A stretch of 64,000 nt of DNA from Octopus vulgaris (GCA_951406725.2 OX597836.1:47616001-47680000); one strand, 5' to 3'; shown: positions 50,813-64,000, numbered from the stretch's first letter. Notes: generated by a model from the letters alone, not told the origin. A program made the numbers and translations.

Positions 50813-51324
50813 CTGCAAAGAACAATTAATTAGTGATAATTAACAGTCAAAAAAAAAAAAAGAATTAAGCTAAAAGCAGTTGTTGTTATAGAAACATTTT
50901 GTGAAGTTGGGGTTTAATCAGAACATTAGAATATTGATTGTAATAAAGAGAGACAAACATTAGCAGGGAAAGCCTTTGATCATAAGTCTGTGCAATCAGA
51001 GTTCACTTAGCGATAAAGAAAATACAAAGATACATAAAATATACATATACTTACAAATATATTAACACATATACAACACAAATACATAAATAAAACAATT
51101 GTACACATAAATGAAGCATACATATAAAGCATCCTACATACAAATAAGTTTTGTTATCCAACAAAGATTCATAGGAGTTGCTTTAAAGCAAAGATTTTCA
51201 AGAATTTACAAAATAAATGTGTAAGTGCATTACTCTAACTGCAAACACTCTGCTTTATACTGTTACACACACACACACTCACTCAGAATGAAAGTGCTAA
51301 GCAGTGATGTGTATAAATACAAAC

Positions 51325-51592
51325 TTGTCACCAGTTCAAATATGCTTTGAGGCATATTCAAACCGTTAAGAAAGCCATTCAGTGTATTTTGTCATGGAGA
51401 AAATTTTTCACTGTAGACAAATAGGTGTAAACACACCAAGTCAGTTCGCAATAGACAGAGGGAATGTTGCACACTGATTCATTGTGTTTACGCCTGTCTG
51501 TCTACAGTAAGAAATTTCCTCCATGACAAAATACAGTGAATAGCTTTCATGTAGGTTTGAATATGCCTCAAGCATATTTGAACCAATAACAA
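51325..51592. repeat. Imperfect foldback palindrome, ~110-bp arms (MITE-like)
   Basis: gttcaaatatgc..tgaggcatattcaaacc...tattttgtcatggag...ctgtagaca pairs with 51473-51583. Confidence 0.88.
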
Positions 51593-52309
51593 CATTTTGT
51601 ATATATATATATATAAAAAGGAGATTGGAAAAAAATTTGGTAATATCCATTCACCATTACATGTGTTTCATTTGCTAATAGGAGTAACAAAATTGTACAT
51701 AGAGGAGAAACTTGTAAGACATTTCCTTTCGGAAATTCTGCAGAAAGAGAATCAAATAATACAAAAAAATTTACATTTATATGAAGCCTTTAAACATAGT
51801 AATCAGGAGTCCTACCAAAAGCTGAATGGGGAGAATAAAGAACAAAACTAGTAATTTAGAAAAGAGAGAGAATTAGAGACTGATGTAGGAAATGTACACA
51901 AATACACATTCATGTCTATACACACACATGCATACACAAATACATATGTATATACACATACACAAATGCATATACACAGAGATACACAAATACATATACA
52001 CACACGCACACACAAATATATATATACACACAAATACATAGACACACACACAAATACATATACACACTCATCCATATACACACACACACACAAATATATA
52101 TACACACAAATACATACATACACACACAAATACATATATATATACACACACACACAAATACATATATACACACACAAATACATACACACACACACACACA
52201 CACACACATAACAGAAAAGAGATAAGAAAAGAAAGGAGAGACCCAGGAAAAACTGTATGTGGGTAGCTGACACAGTTCAGCCTCTGACTGATAGGTAAGG
52301 GGTGGTTTG

Positions 52310-52522
52310 AAACCCTTTAGTATTTAGATTATGTTAGCAAATGTAATTCATATTTAATCACACTGCTTTTAATTAATCATGCATTTCACCATAACTTTGA
52401 GGTTTTGTTGATGCGACTGCATATTTTTAGGATATTGTAGGAAAGGATCTGGATCTGGCTGGTTTGAACATAAAACAGAATATTTGGGCTGGATATGGAA
52501 GGTTTAAATGCTAAAGGGTCAA
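52310..52522 (-). mobile_element. TTAA MITE family A
   Basis: ccctttagtatt...aatgctaaaggg termini. Confidence 0.8.
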
Positions 52523-52908
52523 GGGCTACAGTGTGTCTGTCAGATTGCATGTATGTGCATGAATATGCATGTGAGCGGATCACCTATCTGCAATAGCTAT
52601 AAGTCTATATACACTCAGGAAGTCAACCTGGAATTCTAAACTACACACACACACACACACATATAACGGATACATATTAAAGACATCGCAGGATTTACAA
52701 AATATATTACTATGAACTTACAACTTCATACACTAATTTACATTAAAAACCTGTGAAACCTCATAAACCAAAAACAGACAACTGCACATACATTCACGAA
52801 ATGCAGGCATGTGTCACATTGCATACGTTAGTATAAATTTATATACATCTATGTTGAAAGCAAATTCTTGACAAAAGCCAGGGACAATACTAAGGAAATA
52901 ACAATTAA

Positions 52909-54778
52909 CCCATTGGCACCCATAGTCCTCATTTTAGGACCAGAAGGATAATCCATCATATTTCTATAACACCTGTATTTTTCTGAGATATCTTGCTAGG
53001 TCATCAAGACTGGAGTTTTTTTTTCAAATATTACAGCTACTGTCTGATATGTATATGCAACACTGATGTCTCAGTTTTCGGAACAGTGTGAAAATCTTGA
53101 GAGAAAGGATACAATCAGTTTCATCTTTTATTCAATCAAAACTTTTTTGGTAAGTAGTACTTATATGCAACCCATTTTTGATATAGTATAAATAATTGTT
53201 CTGTCCTATAAGGTCAAGAAAATCTTTGAAAGTAATTTTGCTGAAATATAGCATGCTTGGTCCTAATATAAGGACCATGGTCACTAGAACTCCATTTTTT
53301 CCATTTTCTATGGATGTTCCATAAAAGAGAAAATGATTTGCAGGGGCAAATTTTTTATGCTGTGAACATTTTCTATGTATATATTTTTTATTTGTTATTT
53401 TCTTTCTTTATTATTATTACTTTAGTTTTATTTTCAGATACTCCCCCATGGTTTTCTACCATTCAGTTCATGGTGCAGCAAATTATGCAGAAGAAAATAA
53501 GTCTCCTAGTGATGAAAACTTTTTTGATATTGTTGAAATTCCTCCACCAGTAAATGAACTGATTAAGAAGACTCTGATGATGAAATCTCAGATGATGAGA
53601 ACAGAGATCTGACCTTTATCTTGCCAAGGAGTGTTGAGCTTCATTGGTATGATAACGAAGAACTAACACAACCAAAAGGAAAAAGAAAGAAGAGCTCAGA
53701 TTTCTCTTGGAAGAAGACTGAGCCTAATTTTTCAAAACTTGCATCACCAACTACTGATGGAGCAAATGATAGAATGAAATCAATGCAAGATAAAGTAGTT
53801 GGCAAGAGCCCAGTTGAGAATTTTTGAACTTTTGCTTGACGAGGATTTACTAAGTGAAATGTGCAGAGAATCTGTCACTTATTCCACACAGAAAAATGTA
53901 CATGATTTTAGTCTGTCAACAAGCTGCCAGAGAAATTTCATTGGAATCCTACTTTTTATCAGGATACTACAGACTACTGAGTGAATGGCATTACTGGATT
54001 GTGTCTGAAGACCTTGAAACTCCAGTTATTCGAAAAACAATACCAAGAAACATTTTTCTAAACATCAAAAGGTTTCTTCATTTCATTGATAATGAAAATC
54101 CAGAAAATTACAAAGATGATAAAGGATTCAAAATTAGATTGCTAGCTGATGCTCTGAATCAGAAGTTCAAGCAGTTTGAAATATTCTATGAGATGAACAG
54201 CTAGTAAGATACTATGGAAGAAGCTCTCTAAACCAATTTATAAGAAGTAAGCCAATAAGATTTGGTGTCAAGCAGTGGGTGCTTTGTTGTGCCACTGGTG
54301 GTTATGTTTTAGAATGGATTTATATCAAGGAAAGCAAAAAATTCCTATTTCCAATACCAAGAACGATAACACTGTAGGTTCGAGAGTGGTTTTATCAATG
54401 ACCAATCACCAAGAGAACTCCAACGGTCATGGAATTTATGTTGGTAACTTTTTCTCGTTATAACTTATTTGTACAAATGAAATTCTTAGGAATCAGAATC
54501 ACAGGTACAGTGTGTTCAAACAGAACATCCAGATGTCCCCTGCAGGAGGACAAATCCCTGAAAAAGGAAAATCGTGGATCCTATGACTACATATTTGAAG
54601 AAAAGGAAGAACTCTGTTTTTGAAATGGCATGACAGCAGCGCTTTCACAATTGCAAGTAATCATCAATCTACCACCCTTGTTGGAAATGCTAAAAAGATG
54701 ATCAACCAGCCATAGGAATGAAATATTTATTTCTTAGCCATTTCTCACATGTGAGTATAACAAATATACGGGAGGTAT
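52909..54778 (+). mobile_element. piggyBac transposon 5' end and dead PGBD2/3-like transposase
   Basis: TTAA-ccc terminus; LSGY..HYW..SEDL, IPRNIFLNIKRFLHFIDN, DKGFKIR, QFIRSKPIRFGVKQW, IYVGNFF, GIRITGTV, NRGSYDY, YNKYTGG with frameshifts. Confidence 0.9.
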
Positions 54779-54779
54779 A

Positions 54780-55110
54780 TCTCCTGATTTCCATGATTGT
54801 AATCTCATGGATTACTATGTGTGGAGTGCAGTTGAGAAAGACACCAGCTTCACTGCCTGCAACACTAAGGCCAAGCTGGTGGCCAAGATCAAAGAAGTGC
54901 TCAAAGATCTTCTCAGGGACTCAGTGAGGAGTGCATGTGCTAGGTTCTGGAGACATCTTGAGGCAATGATGGAAGTTGAGAGCTGTTACTTTGAGCAGAA
55001 TGTTATCTTCAAGCCATAAAATCTGGTTTTGATAGTTTTCGATTTTTTTAAATACTTTTATTTTTGGATGGGAAATTGTTTTCTTTTCGTTTTAGGTAAA
55101 CTGTCAAATA
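54780..55110 (+). mobile_element. maT-type transposase 3' fragment abutting the piggyBac
   Basis: DCNLMDYYVWSAVEK...RSACARFWRHLEAMMEVE. Confidence 0.8.
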
Positions 55111-55111
55111 T

Positions 55112-55235
55112 ATATATAAATACAAAATGGGACAAGAACGCAAAACATCCAGAAGATGATACAAAAAACATGGACAGGTCATTCGAAGCCTTTAATCTTC
55201 AGTCAAGAACCGGATCATCCTCGCAATTTCGGCTG

Positions 55236-55238
<3 letters not shown>
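55112..55238 (-). mobile_element. Penelope-like terminal fragment in (TA)n
   Basis: Reverse complement resembles 43760-43900. Confidence 0.5.
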
Positions 55239-55294
<56 letters not shown>

Positions 55295-55524
55295 CCTTCT
55301 ATGAGTGTATGTATGTGTCTAGCTACACACATATGAATACCATTATCATTTGTAATTTATGATTTATTTTCAATTTATTTAATTCTGTGTTATCTTCACT
55401 TTTCTGTTATAACCCTCCTCTTCTATTCTTCTTTCTCTTCTCCCTACCAACATCATCATCATCATTATCATCTCAAATTATACTGAGTTCAGTTCTCTGA
55501 AGCAGCTGCTGGCCCCCTTTTTCC

Positions 55525-55755
55525 AAGGTTGCAACTTGGCAGAATCGTTAGCACGCCAGGCAAAATGCTTAGTGGCATTTCATCTGTCTTTATGTTCTGA
55601 GTTCAAATTCCATCACGGTCAACTTTGCCTTTCATCCTTTTGTAGTTGATAAATTACGTACCAGTTGTGCACTGAGGTCCATGTAATTGATTCATCCTCT
55701 CTGACCAAATTTCAGGCCTTTTGTCCAGAGTAGAAAGGATTATTATTATTATTAT
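55525..55755 (+). mobile_element. Meta/MESC-like SINE, older copy with (TAT)n tail
   Basis: Aligns with 30379-30612; head-only copy at 61012-61095 (minus). Confidence 0.85.
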
Positions 55756-56571
55756 TGCTGTTGTTGTTATTTATTAGTATTTCTGTCCATGGTGCTTTGG
55801 CACACCAGTATCTTCAAGGCCAAATGCTGACATCCTCTGTTCAATACTAACATTCATAGCCACACCCTAACATATGATTCAGCTCCTCCTCCCCATACTC
55901 TCAGCTTCTCCTTGACCTTTTCCATTCTCTACCTTGTTGTGTTTAACCCTCTTGCCCTTTCTATGCACATACCAACAAAACTGCCTGCTTTCTTTCCACT
56001 TCTCTCACATACTCTCCTTCCTTTCTCTCCTTCCTTTCTCTCCTTCCTTTCTCTCCTTCCTTTCTCTCATTTCTACCTCTCTTTGCTCTCTCTTCTCCCT
56101 TCCTATACAACTTACTGCTCTGACCGCACACACACACACACACACGGAACAATTTCAGTCAGTTGGTTTATATTTTGAAATGTATTAACTGAGAAAAAGC
56201 CCTGCGTAATGGGATGTGTTTCCTATTATATATTAAGCAGATCTGAAATGTATGAATTAAATGCTCTCAAAATAGCATTATTTGGTTTGACTTCATTATT
56301 ACAATATTATATGCCTTGAAACCAGCGCAAACTAACATGTTGTGACTCCACTTATGTGGATGCTATAACAAGGGTTTGGAGCAGTTTCTCGAGTCAAAAA
56401 TCCTGGTTTCATGCATCATTTATAAGCAAAACATGAAATATATATAAATAGGCAAAGGATTGGCACCTTGGGCGAGTGTCTTCTATTATAGCCCCAGGCC
56501 GACCAAGTGGATTTGGTAGACAGAAATGGTCATATGTGTGTATGTATATATATATATATATAAATATATAT

Positions 56572-56956
56572 ACGAGCAAAATGCTCCCCACCCGTCCAAT
56601 GGACAGTGCTGAGTTGTCAAATTTGGTTTAACACCATTTACATGCAATGGTATTAAACCAAATTTTCTCAAAACAACTTGTCCAACCATCCCATAGGCCT
56701 CCCTTTTGAGAAACACTGATTGAACCTAAATTTGAGACACCGGCAAAAGAAGAAATATAGATAGACATTTTTTTCTATACCAAAAAATGCTTTATCGATC
56801 ACATTCTCACCTGGAATCGATTTTTGTCATTTTTTCAAGACTTATACATGCCCTGATACTGTCGGTATCTACATATCAAATTTGAGTGCAATCGGATGGA
56901 GGATGCCCAAGATCCTAGAAGACACACACACACAGAACGGATTTTATATAATAGAT
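56572..56956 (-). mobile_element. Non-autonomous Helitron
   Basis: Minus strand starts A|TCtattatataaaa+(GT)n and ends with hairpin gtccattggac then CTCG|T (CTRR-like). Confidence 0.65.
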
Positions 56957-56957
56957 A

Positions 56958-57080
56958 TTTGAAAAATGAATAGAAATGGCTTTTCTGATAATTTTTTCAC
57001 TTTAATAATTAGATGTTTAACTCTATAATCATTAAAGTGGAAAAATTATCACATAAGCCATTTCTATTCATTTTTTCAAA
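56958..57080. repeat. AT-rich hairpin, ~53-bp arms, 16-nt loop
   Basis: 4 substitutions and 1 indel between arms. Confidence 0.88.
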
Positions 57081-57892
57081 TCTTATAATAATTCTGCTTG
57101 TCATTCCATTATTTAGCCCATCAGTAACACTTTCACATGATTAGAGAAAAAGCAGGAGAGAATGTAATTGTAAAGCTTTCACATGACTAGGAAAGAGGGA
57201 AGGAAAAGGGAGAGAGAAAAAGAAGGAGAGGGAAGTGCCCATGATATGAGATAGGAGGAACATGATATTTATTACGTGGCTAAAAAAATTAGTTGACAAT
57301 AGTGATGACAGAGGAGGAGAATTAAAAATATAATTTTAGCAGAGGGGTGATGTTCTGATGATGAAATTAAAGAAAGGCAGAGAGAACGAGAGAGATGGTG
57401 ATTGGATAGTGAAGAGTGTATTTTTTTTTATTGAACTAAGTTTTTTATATCACCTATCACTTAATGCATGCATATAAGTGCAATTCTGTGAAATATTCAC
57501 ACTTATTTTACATGGCAGATATATGCAATTTAACTAAAGGTTTTGTATCATATGTATGGGATATTTTTTTTCATTTATGAGGAAAATGGAAAAATAAGAA
57601 TGAATATTTATTTTATGAGTGCTGCGTGTTAAGTCTATAAAATTGTACACAATGTACATGAAGTGCATTTATAGAGTGCATTAAGTAATCATTGTGTTCC
57701 AATCTCTTTCATTTTTCAATGAGCAGCAGATGAGGACTGTCTTTCCATACAGAAACAACACAGGTCACACTTTCAGGTTTTTTGGATAAAGTTTTCAGAA
57801 ATAACCCAATAGGAATACCATTAATTCCATGAAATATTCTCAGGTTCTGCTAGTATATAATACCACACCCAAGGATTTTCTATTTCTTATTC

Positions 57893-57944
<52 letters not shown>

Positions 57945-58155
57945 TGTTTGTGTGTGTCACTACTGCTTGACAGCTGGTGTTGGTTTGTTTACATTCCTGT
58001 GACAGAGTGATTCAGCAAAAGAGATCAACAGAATAAGTACCATGCTTTAAAAAAAAATAAAGAAAATAAAATAAATACAAGGGTAAATTCGTTGACTAAA
58101 ATTCCGCAAGTGCCCCAGAATAGCCAGTCTAATAACTGAAACAAGTGAAAGACAA
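57945..58155 (+). mobile_element. SINE major family, old 3' half
   Basis: Diverged body after (AT)n. Confidence 0.75.
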
Positions 58156-58519
58156 ATGATATATCTTAGTGCAGATGTGCCCTGGATATCTCTTTTGATT
58201 TATTCCATTTCTTCGTCATAGCATGAAGCAAAGAAGGAAAATAATCACCAATTTGTTGATGAGTTTAATATTTGTGAAAGTCATTGAGATTGTCATCATT
58301 ATTATTATCATCTTTATATTTTTGTCCCTGTTGACAGATGAATAATGAAAGCCTGATATGGCAAGAGGTTACACACTTCTTCCTATGGAAAGAAAGCGAG
58401 TGAAAATATGGGGAGGAAAGGAGAGGACACGGTTTTACTTGGTTTTTTTTCTTTTGTTAAGAATTAAATTACAATGTAGCTTGCAATAATACAAAGTTTT
58501 AAATTCAGAAAACAGTTGC

Positions 58520-58810
58520 CGTGGTAGTGGTGATGATGGTGGAGATACAATAAATAGTGTTCATGCTGGTGATGATAGCAGTGGTGGTAGTGGTGGTGGT
58601 GGTAGTGGTGGTGGTGGTGGAGTTGATAGTAGCAAGTGTCCATAATGATGATTATAGTTATGATGGAAATGATGGTAGCAACAGCAGTGGCTGTAGAGGA
58701 AAGAGTGGTAAAAATGGTGCTGGTGGTGGTGGTGGCGGTAGTGGTGGTTTTGGTGATGCTTGCAATGGTGGTGAAAACAACGATGGTGCACTGTGGTTGT
58801 GGTAGTTATG
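58520..58810. repeat. (GGT/GAT)n low-complexity tract
   Basis: Degenerate trinucleotide repeats. Confidence 0.85.
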
Positions 58811-59262
58811 ACGATAGGCCTTGGAGCAACATTCGAAGGATGAGGAGGAAGTTCAAACGATGTAATCAGCAAAACAATGAACTTGATGGAATCTGAATTT
58901 TTTATTTGTTAGAAAAAGTGGGAAGAAAATGAAGAGATGAACTTCAGAAGAAGGAGCGGGGTGGAGGTGGGGGGGAGAGAACCAAACATATGGAAGGCAC
59001 GTGTGTGTGTGTGTGTGTTAGAGAGAGAGAGATTGAGATGGGAAGAGAGAGGAGGAGGGGGGGGAATTGATTTTATTCAGAAACCGAAGCTAAAAGTCCT
59101 TTAAGAAGAGAACAGTGCATAAAGTAGAAAAATATACCTATAAAGAAAGAAGAAATGGGTTGACACGTGCACTGGAACATCCCAAAGCGAAAAAGATTAT
59201 TTCCAGTTGTACAGAAAATTCCATATATCCATTTGTGATAGAGGCAGAATTAATACCGAGAG

Positions 59263-59472
59263 GTAATATTTCACTCCACTTGAATGTAGGTGTTCTGTTA
59301 GAACAAACTATACTGCAGTAGACAGCGTGAGAGACACTCTCTTGTGTTGGCTTTTAGTGCAAAGCGGTACAAAGCAAGCGTGCATTTTGCACCAAGAGCT
59401 AATATGAGAGTTTCTCTCAGGGTATAGTTTGTTCTAACAGAACATCCACTTTTAAGCGGCGATAAATATTAC
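59263..59472. repeat. Imperfect foldback palindrome, ~95-bp arms (MITE-like)
   Basis: Perfect core tgttctgttagaacaaactatac / gtatagtttgttctaacagaaca plus flanking matches gtaatattt/aaatattac. Confidence 0.85.
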
Positions 59473-59827
59473 AAAAACTTCAGTTCAGTGCAATTTTCTT
59501 TGGATGAAGGTCAATCTTTAACACCAACAATTTCATACCCAATAATTAAATAGTCTCAGTGCATCGTTAGACAATATCTTCCTAACCATTATTTTATAGG
59601 ATGGTGTTTAGTGGGGTTAAACAAGGGTAAATATAAAAAGAAAGGCTTTCCAGCCTTGACCATCCACATTTTTTTTTATATATGTTCTTCCTACTTGAAG
59701 ATTATAGGGTGTGATTTGAAGGCATTTGACTCCTTTTTCTAGTAGGTCATGTGATCACATAGAGACTTCTTGTGCAAGTGTTTTGCTTCATTTGATCAAT
59801 TCAAAACAATATGACCCACGATTTAAT

Positions 59828-60050
59828 AACCCTTTACCATTCAAACTGGCCATATCCAGTCAAAATATTCATCCTGTTTTATATTTAAAGTAGCCAGGTC
59901 AGGCCTCTCACATCCATCCTACAATGTCATTCTGAAAACAATCAATCAATCATCAAAATCTTGAAGCTATGAGATAATGCATGATTAATTCAAAGCAATA
60001 TGAATAAATAAGCATTACATTCAACAGATTAATATGAATACGAAAGAGTG
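59828..60050 (+). mobile_element. TTAA MITE family A
   Basis: Body matches 26697-26912. Confidence 0.78.
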
Positions 60051-60186
60051 AAGGCACTGATCAGGAAATCTTTTTTCTCAAACACAATGTAAGATTACAT
60101 CAGCCAATGTGCCCATTTTTTGAGATGAGGTATAGATTAAGAGGAATTTGGTTGCTATATTTAGCAAGGTGAATGACTACATAGAG

Positions 60187-60404
60187 CAGTGGTTCTCAAC
60201 AGAGGTCCATATTTGCTCGACTAAAGGCGGTGCTCCAGCATGGCCGCAGTCAAATGACTGAAACAAGTAAAAGAGTAAAAAGAAAGAGAAAGAATATCTA
60301 ATCATGAAAATAGGAATTTTTAGACACTGAAAGGCTATGAGGGCCCACCTGACTAAAATAGGAATCAAAGGGGTCTACATGCAAAAAATGGTTGAGAACT
60401 ACTG
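60187..60404 (+). mobile_element. hAT-type MITE carrying a SINE tail
   Basis: TIR cagtggttctcaac/gttgagaactactg, perfect 8-bp TSD acatagag; SINE 3' end at 60211-60290. Confidence 0.9.
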
Positions 60405-60529
60405 ACATAGAGAATCCAACTTTTGGCTCCTGTTGGCAAGTGATTCGTTGTGTCTATTCTACCCACCAGTTGACTTACTACTAATCAGCAGCAGAATTAT
60501 GAAATAAGACAAAACTACAGTCCCAATCA

Positions 60530-60835
60530 GGCATGTGGCTAGGTGGTTAGGGTACTTGGCTCATGACTGTAAGATTGTGAGTTCAATTCCTGGCAATGAG
60601 TTGTGTCCTTGAGCAAGACACTTTATTTCATGTTACTCCAGTCCACTCATCTGGCAAAAATAAATAGAATTTCAAAAGGCCAACCTATACCATGCTGAAT
60701 CTCCCTGAGAACTACATCATGGGTACATATATCTGTGGAGTGCTCAGCCACTTGCATGTTAATTTCGCAAATAGGCTGTTCTGTTGATCAGATTAACTGG
60801 AATCATCATCATCATCATAACTGATGGAGTGCCAT
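60530..60835 (+). mobile_element. Third tRNA-derived SINE family (CORE-like), old
   Basis: tggctaggtggtt...gagttcaattcc head followed by ttgtgtccttgagcaagacactt. Confidence 0.75.
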
Positions 60836-61597
60836 TAGTTAGGAATGACACAGAAATTAAAGGTATTGGTCCCAGTAAACCCTGATGAGCCATGAAATAA
60901 ATAAATCATTTTAGGGACGGATAAGAGAGGAGATTGCATTATAAACAGAGAAATAATATCCAGACAAACTGTAAAGAAACAAAGATAAGCATTTTCAAAA
61001 AATTCTTCATTCTTTGAACTCAGAACGTAACGGCAGAAGAAATACAGCTACGCATTTTGCCCGGCGTGCTAGCGTTTCTGCCAGCTCGCCGCCTTACTCA
61101 TTTGCATAATGGTACAAGGTTGACAGATTACCAGAGCAGTGTGTGATTAGTGTTCAATTCCAGTCTGGAATCCTTCCCATTTCATATTGGCTGCAATGTG
61201 ACCATCAAGGGGCCAGGTGTGTTGTGGGGTGGGGAGTAGGTGCACCCCGGGGCATCACATTTCACTTCTCTTAAAACATTTGTAGTTTCTTGTCATTGTA
61301 AGAAATGATTGGGTAACTGGTTATCATTTAATCCCAGATCATCAACAAAGAGGATGAGACAATTTGCGAAAGTTACTGCTATTTATGAAATAGAACTATG
61401 ATCGAAGATCACATTTTCTTTCTTTTACTTACTTATGGTGCAGCTAAAACTGTATTATCAAATATGTTCTTCCTTGTTCGTGTTTAACCTTGAGTCAGCC
61501 TTAACCCAGCAATCCAATAATCAAAGACATTCAAACTGTGTGATGATCTTTCCATTTATTTTAGGGCAGAACATACACAAGGCTACATTACCAAATA

Positions 61598-62040
61598 TTC
61601 TTTTACTCTTATACTTGTTTCAGTCATTTGACTGCGGCCATACTGGAGCACCACCTTTAATCGAGCAACTCAACCCCAGGACTTATTCTTTGTAAGCCCA
61701 GTACTTATTCTATCGGTCTCTTTTGCCAAACCGCTAAGTAACGGGGACGTAAACACACCAGCATCGGTTGTCAAGCAATGTTGGAGGGGGGGACAAACAC
61801 AGACACACAAACATATGCACACACACACATATATATATATATATATACATATATATACATATATACGACGGGCTTCTTTCAGTTTCCGTCTATCAAATCC
61901 ACTCACAAGGCTTTGGTCGGCCCGAGGCTATAGTGGCTATAGTAGAAGACATTTGCCCAAGGTGCCACGCAGTGGGACTGAACCCGGAACCATGTGGTTG
62001 GTAAGCAAGCTACTTACCACACAGCCACTCCTACGCCTAT
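61598..62040 (-). mobile_element. tRNA-derived SINE, major family, young
   Basis: Full consensus with a 9-bp internal duplication. Confidence 0.95.
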
Positions 62041-62322
62041 ATGTTTATTTTTTTAAGATGGTAGAGTATAATTTGAAGTGGATTTGGCAGTTACTTCTAG
62101 CAAGTCCAGAGACCATCGTTGAGGTTCTTGTCACTGGCTTATTTTGGGGAGGATCAGAGAGAGATCACAAGATTCAGACTTTTAGAGAGAGCAGGCTAAC
62201 AGAGTGTAGTACAATTTTCATTATTGTTGTATCAGTCAAGGCAAAATCTAAGCAAATAAAACTGGAAAATAATTTCTAATTAAAATGTCAATATACAAAG
62301 ATTCTGTTTTTATGAGACTCAC

Positions 62323-62444
62323 CAGAATACTATATTTTCTAATAAATGGCCAATTCTCTTTCAAAGAAATACAATACTGGGATACAACTCAAGTATGTGT
62401 TTCACATGAACAAATATCAATACCAAACCGTGTACACATGTACT
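62323..62444 (-). other. Candidate minus-strand exon (122 nt, or 54 nt from an internal acceptor)
   Basis: Donor CTG|gtgagt; acceptors ttttatatcccag and gttgtatcccag; the short form reads YCISLKENWPFIRKYSIL. Confidence 0.25.
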
Positions 62445-62769
62445 CTGGGATATAAAATTGTCTTTTGTTTTGTTTTATTGTTTTTTGTTGATTGTAAAAT
62501 TTATGATAATAATATGTTAATTCAGGCCAGCACTGTTCAACCAGACCTATGATCAAAAGGTGCTCCACCCATGACCATCCTGTTTTTTTTAGACAATGTA
62601 TATAGGACCACATACACTAATATGTTTTTGGGAGTTTTTTTTCCACAGTATTAGGGTATGATTTGAGGGAGATATAGCTGCCAAGAGGGCTCTGATGTTG
62701 ACTCAATGTCAGTGATAATATATGTGAAAAGTTTGGTAACAAAACCAAACTGATGACTGATAGTGAAAC

Positions 62770-62935
62770 CCAACCTAGGCCCCCACATCTGGAATAAGGA
62801 GTGGTTGGAGATCACGCGGTTGTTAGTCTCAAATCGCCAGGCCTGGCAGCGTTTGTGAGAGATGCAGCATTGAGGATGAATGAAGCCAGCTCAACCCACC
62901 CCGGGTGGATGCTGTAAGAAGAAGAATGAAGAATT
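62770..62935 (+). mobile_element. RTE-like LINE extreme 3' end (third family)
   Basis: LGPHIWNKEWLEIT...NRQAW-type terminus and (AGA)n tail. Confidence 0.6.
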
Positions 62936-63024
62936 TGTTGGGTAACTGATGCCCTTTATTGTGAAACCCCAGGTCATCCACAATCAAGCAAACTTACAAT
63001 CAAAATCATTCAAAGAATAGCATA

Positions 63025-63627
63025 GCTTGTTTCATTCGTTAGACTGCGGCCATGCTGGGGCAGCACTGCCTTGAAGATTTTAGTCAAGTGAATCAACTCC
63101 AGGACTTAATTTTTCGTTTAAGCCTGGTACTTATTCTATTGGTCACTTTTGCTAAACTCCTAAGTTATGGGGATGTAAACACAACACCAGATGTCAAGCA
63201 GTGATGGAGGACAAATGCTAAACACACACACACACACACACATCTTTTTCTTCCGGACCATTACATGTTGAACTGTTAATCCCTGCAACATTTTTTTCTC
63301 GTTCGTTTTTTTTTCATTCTTTCTCCTTTTTTTCTTCTCTCAATCCTTTCTGTTGAAGAGCATAGGCTCAAAACATCAAAGACTTGTCCATTCTTCCCAA
63401 GCATCAAACTAATACACTTGCTTGTTATTCTTTCACCTGTCTTCGTCTTTTGTTTTCTGTAAATTTTATATATATATACAATGGGCTTCTTTCAGTTTCT
63501 GTTTACAAAATCCACTCACAAGGCTTTCATCAGTCCAAGACAATAGCAGAAGACACTTGCCCAAGGTGGGACTGAACTCAGAACCATGTGGTTGGGAAAC
63601 AAACTTCTTACCACACAGCCACACCTA
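63025..63627 (-). mobile_element. Old SINE split at its central microsatellite by a Penelope-like fragment (63245-63475)
   Basis: SINE 3' half, insert matching 13716-13910, SINE 5' half. Confidence 0.8.
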
Positions 63628-64000
63628 GCATCTCTAGAACTACGATAACCTATTTTACTGATGTAGGGTGGATGGGGTGGGGAGATAGTAGCATGGCATT
63701 TGAGGGAGATTTGGCATCTCTTGCTACTAAGTCAAATAGTGAAATAGAGACTTCCTTGCTGGTTAACTTGTAAAGTGCTATTTACTTGTGTTCTTTGAGA
63801 AATTTGGTTTAAATTAAAGCAAGAGAGAGAGAGAGAGATTGACACTTTCCAGTTAACAGTGAAAGAAGATATGTTATCAGGAAATACAATAAGCTAGTAC
63901 AGATAACAAAAGTTAGAACTATAGGGAAGAGTAAGAATTCTTTTAAATTATCCATCTTTGGGGATGTCAGGCTAATAGTTTGGAACAATGATAAAATAGC

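Noticed and set aside
58557-58896. Val/Gly/His-rich ORFs resembling a membrane or Gly-rich protein
   Set aside because: Trinucleotide low-complexity tract open in several frames
60882-60900. ctgatgag...gaaa hammerhead-like core
   Set aside because: No stem II or flanking helices
61768-62279. Recurrent ORFs such as RLPNPLTRLWSARGYSRRHLPKVPRSGTEPGTMW
   Set aside because: Antisense translations of the major SINE repeated across the window

Overview
AT-rich, repeat-saturated animal genomic DNA. The repeat families match those I associate with octopod cephalopods (Octopus); this is inferred from recognition, not from a search. There is no intact long protein-coding gene, rRNA, tRNA gene or CRISPR array, and almost all listed ORFs are artefacts of microsatellites or SINEs. 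The window reads like intronic/5' DNA of a large minus-strand gene, with a few candidate exons (62323-62444, 50741-50812, 23533+, 22878-23302, 15475-15609). It is filled with about 20 copies of one tRNA-derived SINE, other SINEs, RTE-clade LINE 3' ends, and dead Tc1/mariner elements (DD34D-type mariner, DD37D maT, DD36E). It also carries piggyBac, Helitron, hAT and TTAA MITE remnants, Penelope-like termini with hammerhead-like motifs, and two minisatellites. The most interesting signal is a set of unusually well-matched local inverted repeats: 11714-12432, 16041-16111, 23085-23325 and 31062-34141. In the three best-matched pairs, 8 of 9 transition mismatches become G-U pairs only on the minus strand, which suggests selected or recently homogenised pre-mRNA duplexes (ADAR, splicing or small-RNA substrates). 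All alignments and coordinates were done by eye.
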